Source: Okamejei kenojei (taxonomy: Eukaryota). Taken from it: DNA of 64,000 nucleotides. Position 1 is the stretch's first letter, and each line of letters begins with the position of its first letter. The notes below the pieces were generated by a model that searched no databases, had not been told where the DNA came from, and saw only the letters and a program-made list of their open reading frames with translations. Position numbers and translations under genes: made by a program. Location of the stretch: contig CM069132.1 of assembly GCA_035221665.1 (NCBI GenBank), forward strand, positions 61,814,001 to 61,878,000, read 5' to 3'. Of the stretch, positions 38,635 through 50,657 are shown piece by piece.

Positions 38635-39045
38635 CTCGAAGCAATGATTCTCCCTGGCCTGGCCACCCAAGAACTCGGTTAAAAGTAGGGAATCCATAAT
38701 ATCAATTTCCAGATGGCAAAACCCAACAGTTCTGTCGAGGAAACCTGTTTTCTGACCCCTGAAGTACAACGACAAAACGAACATGCAAAATTAGTAGCGA
38801 TTATGGTGCGTTTGTCTCTGTTTCCTGGGGTATGGGCGAGGGTGTGGCAGTGGTAATGGTGACGTTTGGGCAGGACAGCAGACGAACAAACCAGGGAGGG
38901 TTGCAATTAGAATAAGGAGCAAAAGCGAAAATATGTCTTAAAGGGGTCCAAACTTTTTTGTTAAATGGGAGTAACATTTTGTAATGGCAGACCGAATTCC
39001 GATTTCGGGAAGATCTGCGCCAGAGAAGAAAAGGCTCGTTAGCTT
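38635..39045 (+). pseudogene. HoxA14: HoxA14 pseudogene: relics of the two homeobox exons
   Basis: Acceptor TTCATTCGCAG at 38634; RTR...P* then QMAKPNSSVEETCFLTPEVQRQNEHAKL (38710-38793) matches the Hox14 pattern Q..ELE..FEENRFLTPEVR.N...KL; donor GTGCGT at 38806; acceptor at 38990, then decayed WFQNQRQKEK-like CGATTTCGG..CGCCAGAGAAGAAAAGGCTC; 6 kb 5' of HoxA13, same strand. Confidence 0.7.
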
Positions 39046-39097
39046 CCAACTAACTGGAACTAATAATGCAGTTATGACTGCAGTTCCAAAACAAAAT

Positions 39098-39190
39098 CCG
39101 AAGAAAGGTGTCGACTCGAAACGTCAACCATTCCTTCTCTCCAGAGATGCTGCCTGTCCCGCTGAGTTAGTCCAGCTTTTTGTGTCTATC
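39098..39190 (+). mobile_element. Solo pLTR-type repeat
   Basis: CCGAAGAAAGGTGTCGACTCGAAACGTCAACCATTCC...TTTTTGTGTCTATC. Confidence 0.75.
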
Positions 39191-42100
39191 GTTACACAGA
39201 AAATGTCCTTTTATGTACCTTTGATGAATGTTTACGAAGAGCGTCCTCAAGACGAAAAAAATGACATTATAGTTAGGTTTAAAGTATAAAATGTGCACCC
39301 CCCCCCCCGCCCCAAAAGGTATAAACAGATGGCTAAACGTTTAAATTAGCGGCAAATTTCGAATAAAACAAAACATGTGCACAACTGGGTTTCTTATTAC
39401 GCATAGCAAGTTGTTTGATAAATAGGATTCCTGTTGTACTTCGTTATAATACATTTGCAGAAAAGACGATGTGTTTTCTTTGCAAATTGCGTTGTTTAAT
39501 TAAAGGGCTAATTTACATGTAATAATATCAATGATAGGTAATGGTTATTATGAAGAAGTTGGCAATGTGCGACAACTACATTTTTTTCTAAATGTTCACC
39601 CATTTCAGATGGCAACATAGGCAAATACACACACTATGCATAAATAGGGTAATACCATATGTAAACAGCTCCCTCCTCACGCACATACCCGCGCGAAAAA
39701 ACAAGTAAAGTACATATACAAATGTAATTATTACATTCATTCTAATTCAATAAGTTGTATCCTTAAGCTATATTTACCAATGTAGGTGAATGACATTTTG
39801 TGTTGAATATTGGACTGACATTAATAAATGTGGATTAAATGGGAATTGTTAGTTTGAAACTTGTCAATGCTTCACAGTGACCAATACGATACAAATTCCC
39901 ATGTAAAATATGTGTGTATTGCTGTACAATAAGATTGACAATTCCAGCAATGCAAACGTTTATGACATATACGTATTCCTTGCCAAATCTGAGTTTCACA
40001 AGTGATGGTGATTCTCTCAGTGATATCCAATATATCTATAACGTCTATCTTGACGACATGTTTCAATATAACGATGAATGCATGTTTCTTATATCTATGT
40101 ATTAAGCGATGAAAAAGGAACCATGTTCAATCTGTATTGTACATACAATTATTGATACAAATGTTACCATTTTGCAAAAATTGTTCATGGGCAGCAAAAC
40201 AAATTAATCATTTTCTTTGATCTCACTTAGTCTCCAGGATATTTCAAAATATTTCAGAAAGGAATCATGTGCAGGGTCTTTTGAGTTATCAATGTGCAGT
40301 GCTGAATAAACAATCGTATAGATATCCCAAATATGACTCGTACGATGCACACACAGACATATAAAAAGTATTGCAAGTTAACTGATTTAGGAAATACCAC
40401 CACATATGCTACTGCAATTAATTCGGCCAAAATGGAGAAATGACTTTATTAAATGTAGTACATGCATAATTGAGCAGCACAACGTTGTTTTTGGTGGATT
40501 TAACACATCGCCTTACTTTTATAAACAGGAGTATAAAACGATATGAGTTATTTCTAGGAGCAGTGAATACATTATGATTGTAATTTATAAATAGAATATC
40601 TTACCATATGACATTTGTGACAGAAAATCTGATATCGAATTGTTGCCCAGTAAATTATTTATCAAACAACTATTAGATTGGTCATATGTAATTTGCAGCA
40701 TTAATTAACAATAAAGGTGGGAGAAAAAAAGCATGCATGTCGATTACCCCTTTAGTCCAGAGAAGAAGTGAGTGATATTTCCCCTTTAAAGGCATAAACC
40801 AGGCAGATTTTCCCTAAAGAACAAACTAAGCAGTAATTTTGAGAACGCATGGTCTAAGCATATTTTTATGGCATGCTGCAATTAGTTTTAACTCTGCAGA
40901 CTTTGGATAGATGATTTAAAATGTAGGAAAACTAAGTTCTAACTGCCACGTAGTATTGATTCAAAGAGCTATGACAGATAAGTGCCCAGAGATATTTGAC
41001 TAATGCAATTTGGAGATTTAATAATTACTGGATCACGTAAACATTTTTATTATTCGAAAATGGAAAATCAATTTACCAATGAACCCAACCACCCCCAAAA
41101 AATGTTGGAAATGAAACTGACAAGTTAATGCTACGAATCGAGTCTTCAAACTAATATTCTTATTGGAAAACAGTTGTTGACGTGTTTTAGCGGTAGCGAT
41201 TTATTAACCCATTAATTAGTATTACATTCTCACAACTTGATTTCTTTAAGTTTTGCTTCTACGATAGTTTGGTTTGCAGACACACATTCTGAGCAATTAA
41301 GCTATTATTCACAACATCATTCCGAAAAGACAAACCAAAAAATTGGTTAACACATTGCAAATATCGAGGTTGTGTGCTTACGCATGAAAGACTGTTAAAT
41401 ACTGGAAAGCAAAACAGTAGACAACGATTATACGACTAAATTGATATTTTGCCTGGTTCTAAAGATACCTTTCCTACGAGACGTAAGCATTTACCTCTTA
41501 GACACGGTTACCTTTTAGACATGTCGATATTGCACATTGTCAGAATGTAAGCTTTTCATTGTTGATGTACGGATCCAATAATAGCTTGAAACCGTGCCCG
41601 GAGATAACTCCTGGCACCGCAGCATGGCCCTCAATACTTGGCGCAGTGTTCATCAGTATAGTTAAGCGTGTTCCGATTGCCCCTACCTTTCCAAGTGACA
41701 TAGACGTGCCTATAGTGCACTCAGTTCAAAACAAGAGCTTTCGTAAACAGTGCATTTAAACCGGATGTAATGTTGTATAATTTGCAATGTATCTCAAAGC
41801 GACTGCATCCATTTCACATCCTTTACCAACCATGCAGAAACAGCCTGGAAATGATGACGGTATGGTCAGTGGACTTTTTTTCATTTAGAGGGTTGTGAGT
41901 GAAAACAAAAGAAAACAAACAAAACGGTAATGAAAAAGTCAATTCTCACGGCGTGCCTTTATAAGAATTCAGACATGGTCGTCAACGCGTGAATGACAGC
42001 ACTCACTTTGGCTAGACGGCAACTTTCAACTTGACCTTGGCCTTTAGCCGTGTCTAACCCGTATGTAAAAGAGCTGCCCATTTGATTGCTGCCATTTTGT

Positions 42101-42249
42101 AGCATAATCTGCAATGTGCCAGTTTGTATATAGTGCAGAATGTACTTATTTCGCACCCTTTCCTTAAAATAATACTATTTGAAAGCGGAAGACGCTGAAG
42201 ATCCAACCTACACAGAAGAGGGCAGAATGTGGTTGAATTCAACGTGCAT

Positions 42250-42288
<39 letters not shown>

Positions 42289-44894
42289 GCAGTCAACACG
42301 ATTAATTAATGCTCAATTGAACATTGTCGCCGTATAAAACTTTTTATTTTTTTTAATGAATTCAGGTTGAAACATATTCCAAAACAAACCAGTCTTTCAC
42401 AAACTTACCTATTTATCAGATAAATGTATATTCCAGTGGAACAAATACTACATAATTAAATGTAATCCATCTTCGGTATAAATGATGAGATTAACTGAAC
42501 AGATACGGTGTTATTAAGAATTATCGTGGAATCAACATGTTTTTTTAAAAATATTGCAAAATTAGAACAAAGTTTAAAAATAATATTTTTTGACAATGTA
42601 TGGGAAAATGTAATCAATGCTGATACTAATGAGATCGACCGAGTAATAATTATGGAAGGAAGCGAATCTTTGTCAGTCAATGACAGATACACACGAGTAC
42701 CAATCGCCTTATCACATAATAATCACTGGGGTATAAATTAAACGATCCCCCACCGAGTTCTCTGGTCAAGGATGTGAAAGAATAATCGCCCAAGACCTTG
42801 TGAGAAAGTCCTAATTTAACTTGCCTGCAGCACTGTATCTTTTGAATTAATTTCAATCCATTTTCGGCAATTATAAACTGGAAAACTGTTGAACACTTTG
42901 GATACCGAAAGGAAAGCTAATTCATAATATCTCTGGACGGTTGAAAGACTATGTTTTAATTATATGATTTGATGCAACGGGAACCGACGGAGAGTATTTA
43001 CTGCCTATAATTGGAATATCAGCCTCTCTGCCGAAATAACGATTGTCTGCATCTGAAAGCGTCCACAAATACTTAGGCTTCGTATTACTTCCACTTTCTA
43101 AAATAGGATTAAATGAACGCCATTAGCTACTCCTTTGGCGATTGCCTGACCCCTGTATAAGAAGCGTACGATAACAAGACAGAGAGAGAAAATAAAGAGA
43201 AGAGCAAGTAAAACAGGAAAGAGAGCGATAGAGGGATAGTGACCGCGGGGGAGGGTAAGGTGGTGAATATAAAGAATAAAAAGCATTTCAATAGTAAAAA
43301 GATTGTTCGAGACAGCTGCATCACTTAAGGAACTAGGTCTTCAGCCAGAGACCTAAGACCAACGACTCTGAAACAGGGTTGATGAGGTCACTCATCACGA
43401 TATGGGTTTGATTCCACTTACCGTAAGGTCCCATTAAATGGCTAAAATTGAATTTAAAATCACTCTTTAGACGACCTATTACAGTCGAATAGTATTGGTT
43501 ACCGTTGTTTCCATTTTATCAGCCGCTCTTCTTCATCATGTGATATCTGCGTTTAGTAGGATGGATTATGGCCATGCTTTCCGCCAAATTTCACCGTTAA
43601 TTCTAAATGCATCGCCTATTTAGGCGTATATTTATCCAATAATGCTTTTAATAACGCGATAGATGTTATAAAATAAATAATATTTATAGTTTTAGTAAAT
43701 TCACAGATGTGGCAGATATTAAATAATTCGCAATTCCATCGCTTCACCGTGTACTTGAATGTGCCAGTTACTCGTAAAATACATTCATTGATATTTTAAT
43801 GTGAAATCCAATTATGCGAATGCTATTGTTCAGAATGTTCAGAGAATCTACATTTTGTAGCAAGCGAGCTACCACGAACAGATTGCAATAGCGGGGGAAG
43901 AAAGAATTCAGATATTTATATTAAAATGACAAGAAAATATTTCGTCAATATTCCTATCTGTGTTATAAATGTCCTTTGATGTTAAATGTATTTTTAAACT
44001 AGTTGGAAATTTCACCATTACTGCTCCAGGTAAATATCTCAATTGTTCGGGCGTATGGAAATACAAAGTGACTTGTTCTGCAATATTTCAAAAATTGAAA
44101 ATGATTGATTTCATCATACACTACTCCGGGGTTTATTTTATTCACACATATTATAGCGAGGGTGATCAGATGGATTTTTTTTTTCAAATGATTATCACTT
44201 TTTAGCAAACATCCACTTCAGTATAAATTTGGACTTTGCTTGGGCATTATTACTATTTGCTTTAACGAGTTATGTCATGAAGCAATATAAAGGTCATACA
44301 GATGTTTCCTTTTCACTATAAAATTGCTGCAGCTACCTATTTCTCCAAACGTTATTTTCCTATTAGTTAAAAACACTTCGTAATTTTATTTATACATTGT
44401 AAGGTGTGGCGCTAACCCATCCTAACGCCCCGCTTTGGTTAACTGAGAGCCTGTTTGACAAAGAAGGCCGAATTTAATTGATAGGAGATACGTTCGATAA
44501 CAAGGATGAACCGTAAAATCATCTAACCAAAGAGAAACTAAACTTCGCCTGATAATCGGGCGCAAACACAGAAAGCCGATATTTTAAACATTTTACAGCG
44601 TAAAGTCAATAAATATGATTAATTTATTTTGCTAAACGCAGCAACAACATATTTAACATCGAGCATTTGTATGTGTGTGCAAAATATTGCTATTTCCAGC
44701 ATGGTCAGGCATTTTCATGTAAACCCACCTCTATCAATCCCATAAACTGGTTTATTTTGTGCACCGATGGCATTTCAATATTTTGATATACGTATTTAAT
44801 TCCAATTACTGTTTCTCCTAAATGCCCCAACGTTACTATATTAGACGAGTGTAGCATCTACCTTTTTAATTCTTCAGATGTTTATCGTCTACTT

Positions 44895-45042
44895 TGCATA
44901 TCACGTGGAAAAGTAGCAGCCAATGAGGAGGCGGTTTTCAGCGACACTGGCGCGTCAATGCTGGTAAGTCTGAGAGATTCAGTATCTCTTTTCAGTCTTG
45001 GGGGCTTTTAAAACGGCCACTAGTCTCAATGTTGGACGTGAT
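44895..45042 (+). promoter_or_regulatory. HoxA13 proximal promoter / 5'UTR
   Basis: CACGTG E-box 44902-44907, CCAAT 44920-44924, TTTTAAAA ~45006-45013, directly upstream of the ATG. Confidence 0.55.
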
Positions 45043-45691
45043 ATGACAGCGTCAGTGATACTTCATCCCCGCTGGATCGACACGGTGATGTTCGTCTACG
45101 ACAATAATTTGGATGAAATTAATAAAAGCATGGATGGATTTTCAGGAGGGAACTTCACAGCAAACCAATGCAGGAATTTGATGGCCCATCCAGCATCCTT
45201 AGCCCCCAGTTCTGCCTACTCGTCGAGTGAACTACCAGCCTCTGGCATTGTTGAACCTGTCAAACAATGTAGTCCTTGTCCAGCTGCTCAAACTTCCTCC
45301 AGTGCTTCTCTTCCTTATGGATACTTTGGGAGCAGTTACTATCCTTGCCGAATGAGCCACCATAGCAGCATTAAGTCCTGTGCGCAGCCCTCCACCTTGT
45401 CTGGCTATCCTGCCGACAAGTATATGGACACGTCCGCCGGCGAAGAATTCACCAACCGAGCTAAGGAGTTTGCTTTCTACCAAGGCTACGCGGGGCCATA
45501 CCAACCAATGCCCAGCTATTTGGATGTACCTGTTGTCCCCACGATCAGCGCCCCGGGAGAACCGAGACACGAAACATTATTACCCATGGACAGCTACCAG
45601 CCCTGGGCAATTACCAACGGGTGGAACGGTCAAGTCTGCTGTTCAAAAGAGCAACCTCAAGCCACCCACCTCTGGAAGTCGAGTCTGCCAG
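45043..45691 (+). CDS. HOXA13: HoxA13 exon 1
   Basis: [21 protein letters not shown]...VKQCSPC...[18 protein letters not shown]...[11 protein letters not shown]...WNGQV...HLWKSSLP; donor G|GTAAAT at 45692. Confidence 0.97.
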
Positions 45692-46091
45692 GTAAATATA
45701 GATAAAACGTAATCTAGTCCCCATAACCGAAACCCGCCCAATGAAGGGGGAAAGCATTCTGTCTGACTTGCAAATGCGTACGGGTAACTGAATGATATAT
45801 ACATTAAACCACAGTTAAGAAATAATATTCCGGATGTGCCCAACATAAATGTGCCTTTCACGTTTTTAATGTACTGCCTAAACATATTTCTTTTTAAAAT
45901 ATCATTCATTCAACTTACTACGCATTAAAATTACATTTGCTGGTATGTCATTTAGTTCAGTAAATAAATTCCAGTAGTTTCTCCACGCACTGATGTTGAA
46001 CTTGACACCAGCGACATTCTCTGTTTTTTTTTCCTGTCGACGGGCGTTAAACTGCAAAGGAGAGTAAAGGTGTGTTTTATTTTCTTTATAG

Positions 46092-46336
46092 ACGTCGTTT
46101 CTCATCCTTCGGATGCGAGCTCTTTTCGGCGTGGAAGAAAGAAAAGGGTGCCTTATACCAAGGTGCAATTAAAAGAACTTGAACGGGAATATGCTACCAA
46201 TAAATTCATCACCAAGGACAAGCGAAGGAGGATATCGGCATCAACAAACCTCTCAGAAAGACAAGTCACTATTTGGTTTCAAAACAGACGAGTCAAAGAA
46301 AAGAAAGTCATCACCAAACTGAAAAGTAACAGCTAG
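46092..46336 (+). CDS. HOXA13: HoxA13 exon 2 (homeodomain); spliced protein 297 aa
   Basis: Acceptor TTTCTTTATAG; [49 protein letters not shown]...[11 protein letters not shown]; phase-1 join is in frame. Confidence 0.97.
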
Positions 46337-47414
46337 TGCGACAATTCCAGAAACACTCGGACTTACTTTGCAAATGTTTAGAACATATTTAATCTCAGCC
46401 TGGAGAAAAAATAATCCATCTCAGCTCATTTTCTTGATGCTAGATTTTTTTTACATTTCTGTCTGCAGGTTATTTTTCTTAAAACAATCCAAAACAACTC
46501 ACAGATAAAATTTCAAGAGAGATATGGTGCAACTGTCTTGTTAAAATCGTTTAAGATTCGCCAGAAATAAATCAACCCCATTATGGAATAATCTAAAGGG
46601 TTTCTATTTTCAATTGAGGCAAAAACATTGTCGAGTGCATATAGACAGAAACACTCAAAAAGAATAATCATATAACTTTGATTCATACTGTTCCTTCGCA
46701 TAAATGCAATCAAAGCACCTAAAGAAAACTTGCTGAAAGGGTTTTAGTTGATAAAAACGCTACTAGAGTGCATGCTTTTTTTTGTTTCCTCAGGTAAGCT
46801 ATGGGACATACCGTGAAATGTATAATAAGAATGTTTACGCACTAATGTTTCTTTGGAAGGGATACGCTATCTCTAAAGATATTAATGTACAGGTAGAAGG
46901 GAGAATATATTCTAAATAGCAGTGTATATGGGAACGTGAATGCGTACAATTTCAGCACTACGTTTCGTCTTATGTACATACCTAGGAGCATCCTTGCCTT
47001 TCGTAATTAAAATGCAGTTTCTACAGAGCGGAAAAAAATATCTGATTGCAAACGTGGAAGACCCAATTCCGTGAAAATGAACTCAATATGAAGCCTTTTT
47101 TTTGCCGGCTACTTATATTACACATCACACATTGCAATAATCTCCATGAAGTCTTAAGGCATACAGCCTCCTTCTTAAAGATGACAGCATTTGCGTGCAA
47201 TTGTATTTTTTTTTAAATACCGCATTGTTATACCTGCATGCCCCCCTCTTGCTTGGTATATATAAACCAATTATAGTTGCAACGTTAAATCAAGAATGAT
47301 AATCAAAGATTTAAGTAATGTCTTGCATTGCTATTATGCAGCTTTTAATCTGTATAGCCTATTGTCTTTTTTATCATCTTCTGAATTATTTGCATTAAAA
47401 CAAATTATTTCACG

Positions 47415-47420
47415 AATAAA
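47415..47420 (+). terminator. Candidate HoxA13 polyadenylation signal
   Basis: AATAAA ~1.1 kb after the stop, at the end of an AT-rich 3'UTR-like stretch; other AATAAA exist nearby. Confidence 0.35.
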
Positions 47421-47920
47421 AGTCTTCATAAACTACAGCGTCGCATATTTTTATGAAGAAACATGAGACCGGCTAAGAACTTCAAAACAAAAAAAAAGTA
47501 TTTTTAAATGGGCTAATTAGATTTCTTCCTGTTGTGTGGCAAGTTATTCAAGATGTGTGAAAACAGAGCTTTCATTCTAAGAAACAACCAAGGAACTTAC
47601 AAAAAAATAAGAAGTGTTAGTAAATATATCCTGCCTTTTTTTCAAGGAAAACATCACCACCCGATAAAGATTCGGGACGTTGATGAAAATATTTTAGGTT
47701 ATATCTAAGCATGTATTAAAATACTGAATGTTTTAGTGTAGTAAACTAAACGCGTTTAAATATTCAGAATAAAAATACATTCTCTGCCATTGCTTGGCTA
47801 TGGTTGCAGAGCGACGGGGGTGAGGGAAGTTTAAACCTTGACCTTGACGAAAACAGATAGTCTTTGACCTTGACGATTAACAGCTCATGAATAGTCATGA
47901 GGTGTATATGTAGAACAAGT

Positions 47921-47936
47921 ACGCCATCTACTGTTA
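47921..47936 (-). promoter_or_regulatory. Candidate CTCF site between HoxA13 and HoxA11
   Basis: Reverse complement ACAGTAGATGGCGT is close to CCASYAGRKGGCRS; a CTCF site in this interval is known in mammals. Confidence 0.55.
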
Positions 47937-49072
47937 CATCTGCGGAGAATCATTCATAAGTGCTTTGAACACACAACCAACCGAACGTGGGTGTTTCAAT
48001 AATGAGCATGTAAAGTTGAACAAGGACTATCAAATATAGGTCAGTAACTGTACCGAGTATTACGTATTGTCGAAATTGTGGAAAGGTTCAGCTAAATTAT
48101 TTTAAATGTTTGAATTTCAATGACTAATCATGAATTGCCCAGCCAAGCTTTAGTAATTTACTAACATCACCAAAGCTTAAATTTATAATCCAAATGTGAA
48201 TATTGGTATATGGCTGCAATTTTGTAAATTAACTTTTAGCTGCATCTAAATTTTAAACTGTGCAACCAATAAAAGAGTAGATAAGTTGATCAAGTAAATT
48301 GTAGCATTCATGAACCGTATAAAAGGCATTTAGTCAACTTTATGTTATCTATGATCAGCCGATCATATGATCATATGATCAGCCGATCTCTTACGTGTTT
48401 GTTATGATGTAACCAGCATTTTACTTTTATCTACAGCTGTATGTAACTGCTCTGGATATAATGGTTATTCACTTATATTCTGTACACTGTATCTGGTCAA
48501 ATATTTGCGAAATTTCGCTTCTAATCTTGCAAAACTAAAGGAATTACCGAGCTGTTCTACACAATATTTGAGTAAGGAATTTTACGCTGCATTTTTAGAA
48601 TTTTATATCATATAGTCTATATACGTTATAAATAGGAAGCACAGGAAATTGTGTGTGGTATTGCATAATTCGTCTTTCGCTGAGGGCTGTGGACGTGTAA
48701 AGCTAAAACTTGATCTGCACTAAAAATATTAATTTCCTCAATTTTTCATTTCAAAATATAGAATTACAGATAAATTCCACAGTCATGCAGAGTACTCTGA
48801 TTTATCTTGGATATTACAGAAAGTGGTCTCTTGAAAGTGGTCTACCTTGAAATTATTATTTGAGAGGTAAGCAAATTTATTGAAGTCTCCGATCTATTTT
48901 GTTGCATATACATCTAAATAATGTTGCACTTCTAAAAGTGAACCTTAAACCATACTTTATTTTTCTAGTGCCTTTTTCCTAATGCACGCGAATCAACAAC
49001 TCGGGGGCTGCTGTTTGCAACATGCAAGCTGATTTGTCAAAATGTCGTGGGATTATAAAATACTACATTCAT

Positions 49073-50136
49073 CACATGACGCAGCGAACCAATCACGGCA
49101 TCCTATTGCAACATTCATCCGTGCGCTGGTTGGGAAATACTCGAGGAGAACCACCCACATTGTCTCTGATCAAGGCTGGTCTAATTATTAGATTCTACTT
49201 TTCTACTGCATCTTGTGTAAAAAAGGCGATTTTTTTTTGTTTACGAGGAAATGAGAACCAAACACTGTGTTATTAGCTAACAGTAATCATTGATGCAGAC
49301 TAAGCAGGTATAACCAACAGTTATCAGTATCTCCAAATAAATAAATTCAGGGCAAATTTTTACTTCGGTTATTATCCGTTTTGCTCCAGTCTTAAGTATC
49401 TCAAATGCAAGAACAATAGTGCGTCTTCAAACAATCAGATTTATCTCGTCAGACTCTCAGATTTGACTCGCCATTTCTTGTTATTTATGGCAAAATATAT
49501 ATTCAAGCAAAATTTACCATACAGTCAACATTAACACCAGCATAACCAAACATAAAACATTGCTACAACATAGAATTGGCGTTCCATAATGTTAATTTAG
49601 CTTCGGCTCTTCCGTTCTTCTGTTGGTGCATATGATTCGCCGTGAACCGTGCATCTTTTGCGTAAATTATCGTAATTTAATGTACTTCTAGTGGATTCAG
49701 CGCAGCCCCGAGCGAATAAAATAATTTATTGGGAAAACGAGAATGCATCCCCCCCCCCCCCCCCCCAAAAAAAAAAAAATTGCCTTAAGGAATAACGCCA
49801 GCAACCTTGGGTTAGTTCTTAGGGATAATTTCGCATGCGTTACTGCAGACTGTCAGTAAAAAAATATTATGATAATTTAATGCACGAAGCTAAACGCCAG
49901 GAATCATGTTTAAAGACATTTATACGCTGTATAATCTACAATTGTAACAGAGCATCTCGTTACACGATTAAATCTATAAGCCATTTCCGAAAACCAAAGC
50001 CGTATTAAGGCAGAGATTTGGATTTAATTTCGCTGAATTCCACTTTTTAGAAGGATTTATCCATTCACATCACAGATTTTGTATGTTCTGCCTGCAGTCG
50101 GCACGCTCATTTGTCTTGGTAAAATTGTTTACTTGA
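49073..50136 (+). pseudogene. Possible relic of HoxA12 (tentative)
   Basis: CACATG+CCAAT promoter-like block; SLIKAG...FYFS resembles Hox12 N-termini; ~850 bp on, RKPKPY*...EF..F I...VKLF at near-homeodomain spacing. Confidence 0.35.
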
Positions 50137-50657
50137 ATTGTTCCTTCTCTTCAATCGAGTGAAGCCGTATTAACAATTCTAAGGGGAAGCAATATGCACT
50201 GCAGGAAGTGGCTACACTTGCATACATTTGTATGAATCCCGCAAAGCCCGTTTTTCTTTGCGCTCACTGTTAAGCATAACTTCCCATCATGAAATTAATG
50301 TGTATACAAAACTATTACTTTTCGCAATAATAGTCCCCAAAATGTACTTTTAATATTTATTGAGAATTACTCCAATCGAATGTGTAATGCCAAATCCATA
50401 CCGAATTCAAACATGAATTCAGAATTAAATGAATTGGATTTTAAATAAATGTACGCTGTACCTAACTTGCTTATGTGGCTCTTTGCAAATCACGCCAAAT
50501 TGACTTCAAAATTGTTGAATTAACTTTAAAAACAATATTAAATACTATTGCGCCACTCCAATTTGAAACTAAATGTATTATTCAAGTGGTCGTTTTATAT
50601 TATAATTGGATCAACGGTACTTCAATGCACATGAGCAAATTGTTCGTTGTTTTAGAA

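Noticed and set aside
42251-42288. Long poly-G/poly-C runs (also ~24977, ~28412, ~49748) as G-quadruplex elements
   Set aside because: Homopolymers are common in this genome and their lengths are unreliable in assemblies; no specific evidence of function.
43098-43324. Hydrophobic minus-strand ORFs upstream of HoxA13
   Set aside because: Product of a GA-rich low-complexity tract; no family resemblance.
44998-45042. N-terminal extension of HoxA13 in the ORF track
   Set aside because: Starts at TTG; the conserved start is MTAS at 45043.
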